DNA from: Moniliella sp. 'wahieum'
Lineage: Eukaryota
Length of the DNA stretch: 64,000 nt
Assembly (NCBI GenBank): GCA_003971905.1
Contig: RSEE01000088.1
Coordinates: forward strand, 1-64,000
Direction: 5' to 3'
A program made the translations under genes and the position numbers. Shown one piece after another: positions 62,464 through 64,000 of this stretch. The stretch's first letter is position 1. The number at the start of each line of letters is the position of its first letter. The notes under the pieces are model-generated. The model had not been told where the DNA came from and ran no database searches. It worked only from the letters and a program-made list of their open reading frames with translations.

Positions 62464-64000
62464 ATGAGCGCCGAGCCCCCCCCGACTCGCCCTTCGGCGC
62501 GCCGTCTCTGCGCGCGGCGCCGCGCTGCTCGCCAAGTACGGCGGCGCACACGGCCCCACCGGCCACGCACAGCTCGCCGACGACACACCCGCCGGGCGCC
62601 CCACCTCCCTCGCCGCCTTCATCGGCGGCAAGGCGCCCGGCCCCGCCTCGGCCACCTCTCCCCCGGCGGCGACGGCCAGTCGCTCCCGCCGAGTTCGCCT
62701 CCGACTATGCCGGCGCCTTCGACTCCAAAGGCCGCCGCACCTCCCCCACCGCCCTCCCCGGCCTCACCTCCGGCCCGCCTCCGCCCAGCCTCGCCGCCTT
62801 CATGGCCGGCAACCTCCCGGCCGCCGCTGCGCCTGCCGCCGAGGGGACCGGCAACGCCCCCCCGCCCGCACCCAGTCCATGCCGCTCCCCGCCAGCTCTC
62901 CTCCGGCCCCTGTCGCCCCCGTCGTGCGCGTCGCCTCCCCCACTGACGCCGACGGCGGCAACGGCGATGAGGCCAGCGCGCCTGCCATGACCGTTGCCGA
63001 GCGCCGCAAGGCTGCTGAGCAGCGTGACCACGCCGCCAAAGCCCAGGCTGCCGCGGCCGAGGTGCACAAGCCCGCGCCCAGCCGCTCGACCAGCAACCTC
63101 TCCACCCCCGCCAAGCCCGCGGGCCGCTGGTCGCCCGCCGTGCTGGGCACCCCGCAACCGGGCCTGGCCAGTCCTCCAGTCTCGCCCTAAGCCCGCCAGC
63201 TCGTCTCCTTCCTTGGCGGCACAAGGCGTGCGCGCCAAGGTCGGATCGTGGCCTCCTCCTCCACCAGTGGACACGGAAGAGGAGCAGAAACCCACCAAGG
63301 AGACAGACACGCACTCAGACACTGTCGTCCCGGTTCCGGCTCCGGTTCCGGTTGCAGCTGAGCCCCCTGCCAGCAAACCGGTTGTGGCCAAAAAACCCTC
63401 GCTGCCGACCCCCGCCTCCCAAGCCCACCCCTGCGGCGGTGGCAGGAACAGCAGGTGCACCGACACGTACCACGCAGGGCAAGCGCATTGTGGTCCTCAT
63501 TTCGGGTAGTGGTACGTATTCCCCCCCGCCCCTGCGCCTTGAACGCCGCTGGGATCGGGATCAACTGACCGTACCTGATTTTTCCCCCTCGATGCAGGAA
63601 GCAATCTCCAAGCCTTGATGGACGCCACCACGCGTCGGGCGCGTTGGCAGGAGCAACGATTTCCCTCGTGCTGTCCAACCGCAAGGCGCGTACGGCTTGG
63701 AGCGCGCCCGCACTGCCACCCCGCCCATTCCCACCACCGTCTTGGCACTCAAGACGTGGCAAAACAAAACGGGGGGAAGCCGGGAAGAGTACGAAGTGCT
63801 AGCCCGGCACCTTTTGACCCAGTTCCGTTTGCTCAATCCCGACTTGGCTCCCGATGCGGTGCCCGACTTGATTGTCCTGGCGGGCTTTATGCACATTGTG
63901 TCCGAGCGCTTTTTGTCCGTCTTGGGTCACCGGTCGCCCGGTGGCGCAGCGTCGTATGCTCCTCCCCCGAGGGCGCCTGCACCAAGCCGATCGAAATTAT
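62464..64000 (+). CDS. ADE8: Phosphoribosylglycinamide formyltransferase (partial) with long Pro/Ala-rich N-terminal region
   Basis: KRIVVLISGSG|SNLQALMD (intron 63512-63597), ISLVLSNRK, YGLERA, PDLIVLAGFMHIVSERFL, ..IEII; runs off the window. Confidence 0.93.

Overview
Left chromosome end of a GC-rich fungus, most likely a basidiomycete of the Ustilaginomycotina type (inferred from TTAGGG telomeres, short GT-AG introns with GTACGT donors, and protein style). Layout: (CCCTAA)n telomere and subtelomeric repeats (1-1.2 kb), then a visibly less GC-rich subtelomeric zone of broken, unrecognisable ORFs (about 1.3-9.7 kb) that includes a diverged tail-to-tail paralog pair. From about 10 kb there is a GC-rich housekeeping block: PDB1, NMD3, CUS1/SF3B2, ERG6, a C2H2 protein, SCS2/VAP, tRNA-Ser(GCU), ERG24, a TauD dioxygenase, a BRCT protein, a Get5_C-like protein, a TEN1-like gene, COY1, a fatty-acid elongase, SSH4, PIF1, SCH9, a bZIP factor and a partial ADE8. 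Mobile DNA comprises a young 1.4-kb non-coding LTR element (TRIM-like, 5-bp TSD) and two decayed CRE-clade (Cnl1/MoTeR-like) non-LTR retrotransposon pieces. Other notable signals are 7-bp-period tandem repeats of many different sequences in non-coding DNA, a recurrent promoter motif set, and an armless tRNA-like minihelix. Most conserved genes carry single-base frameshifts, which most likely are uncorrected sequencing errors, so many CDS ends are approximate. All family calls come from motif recognition by eye; no searches were run.
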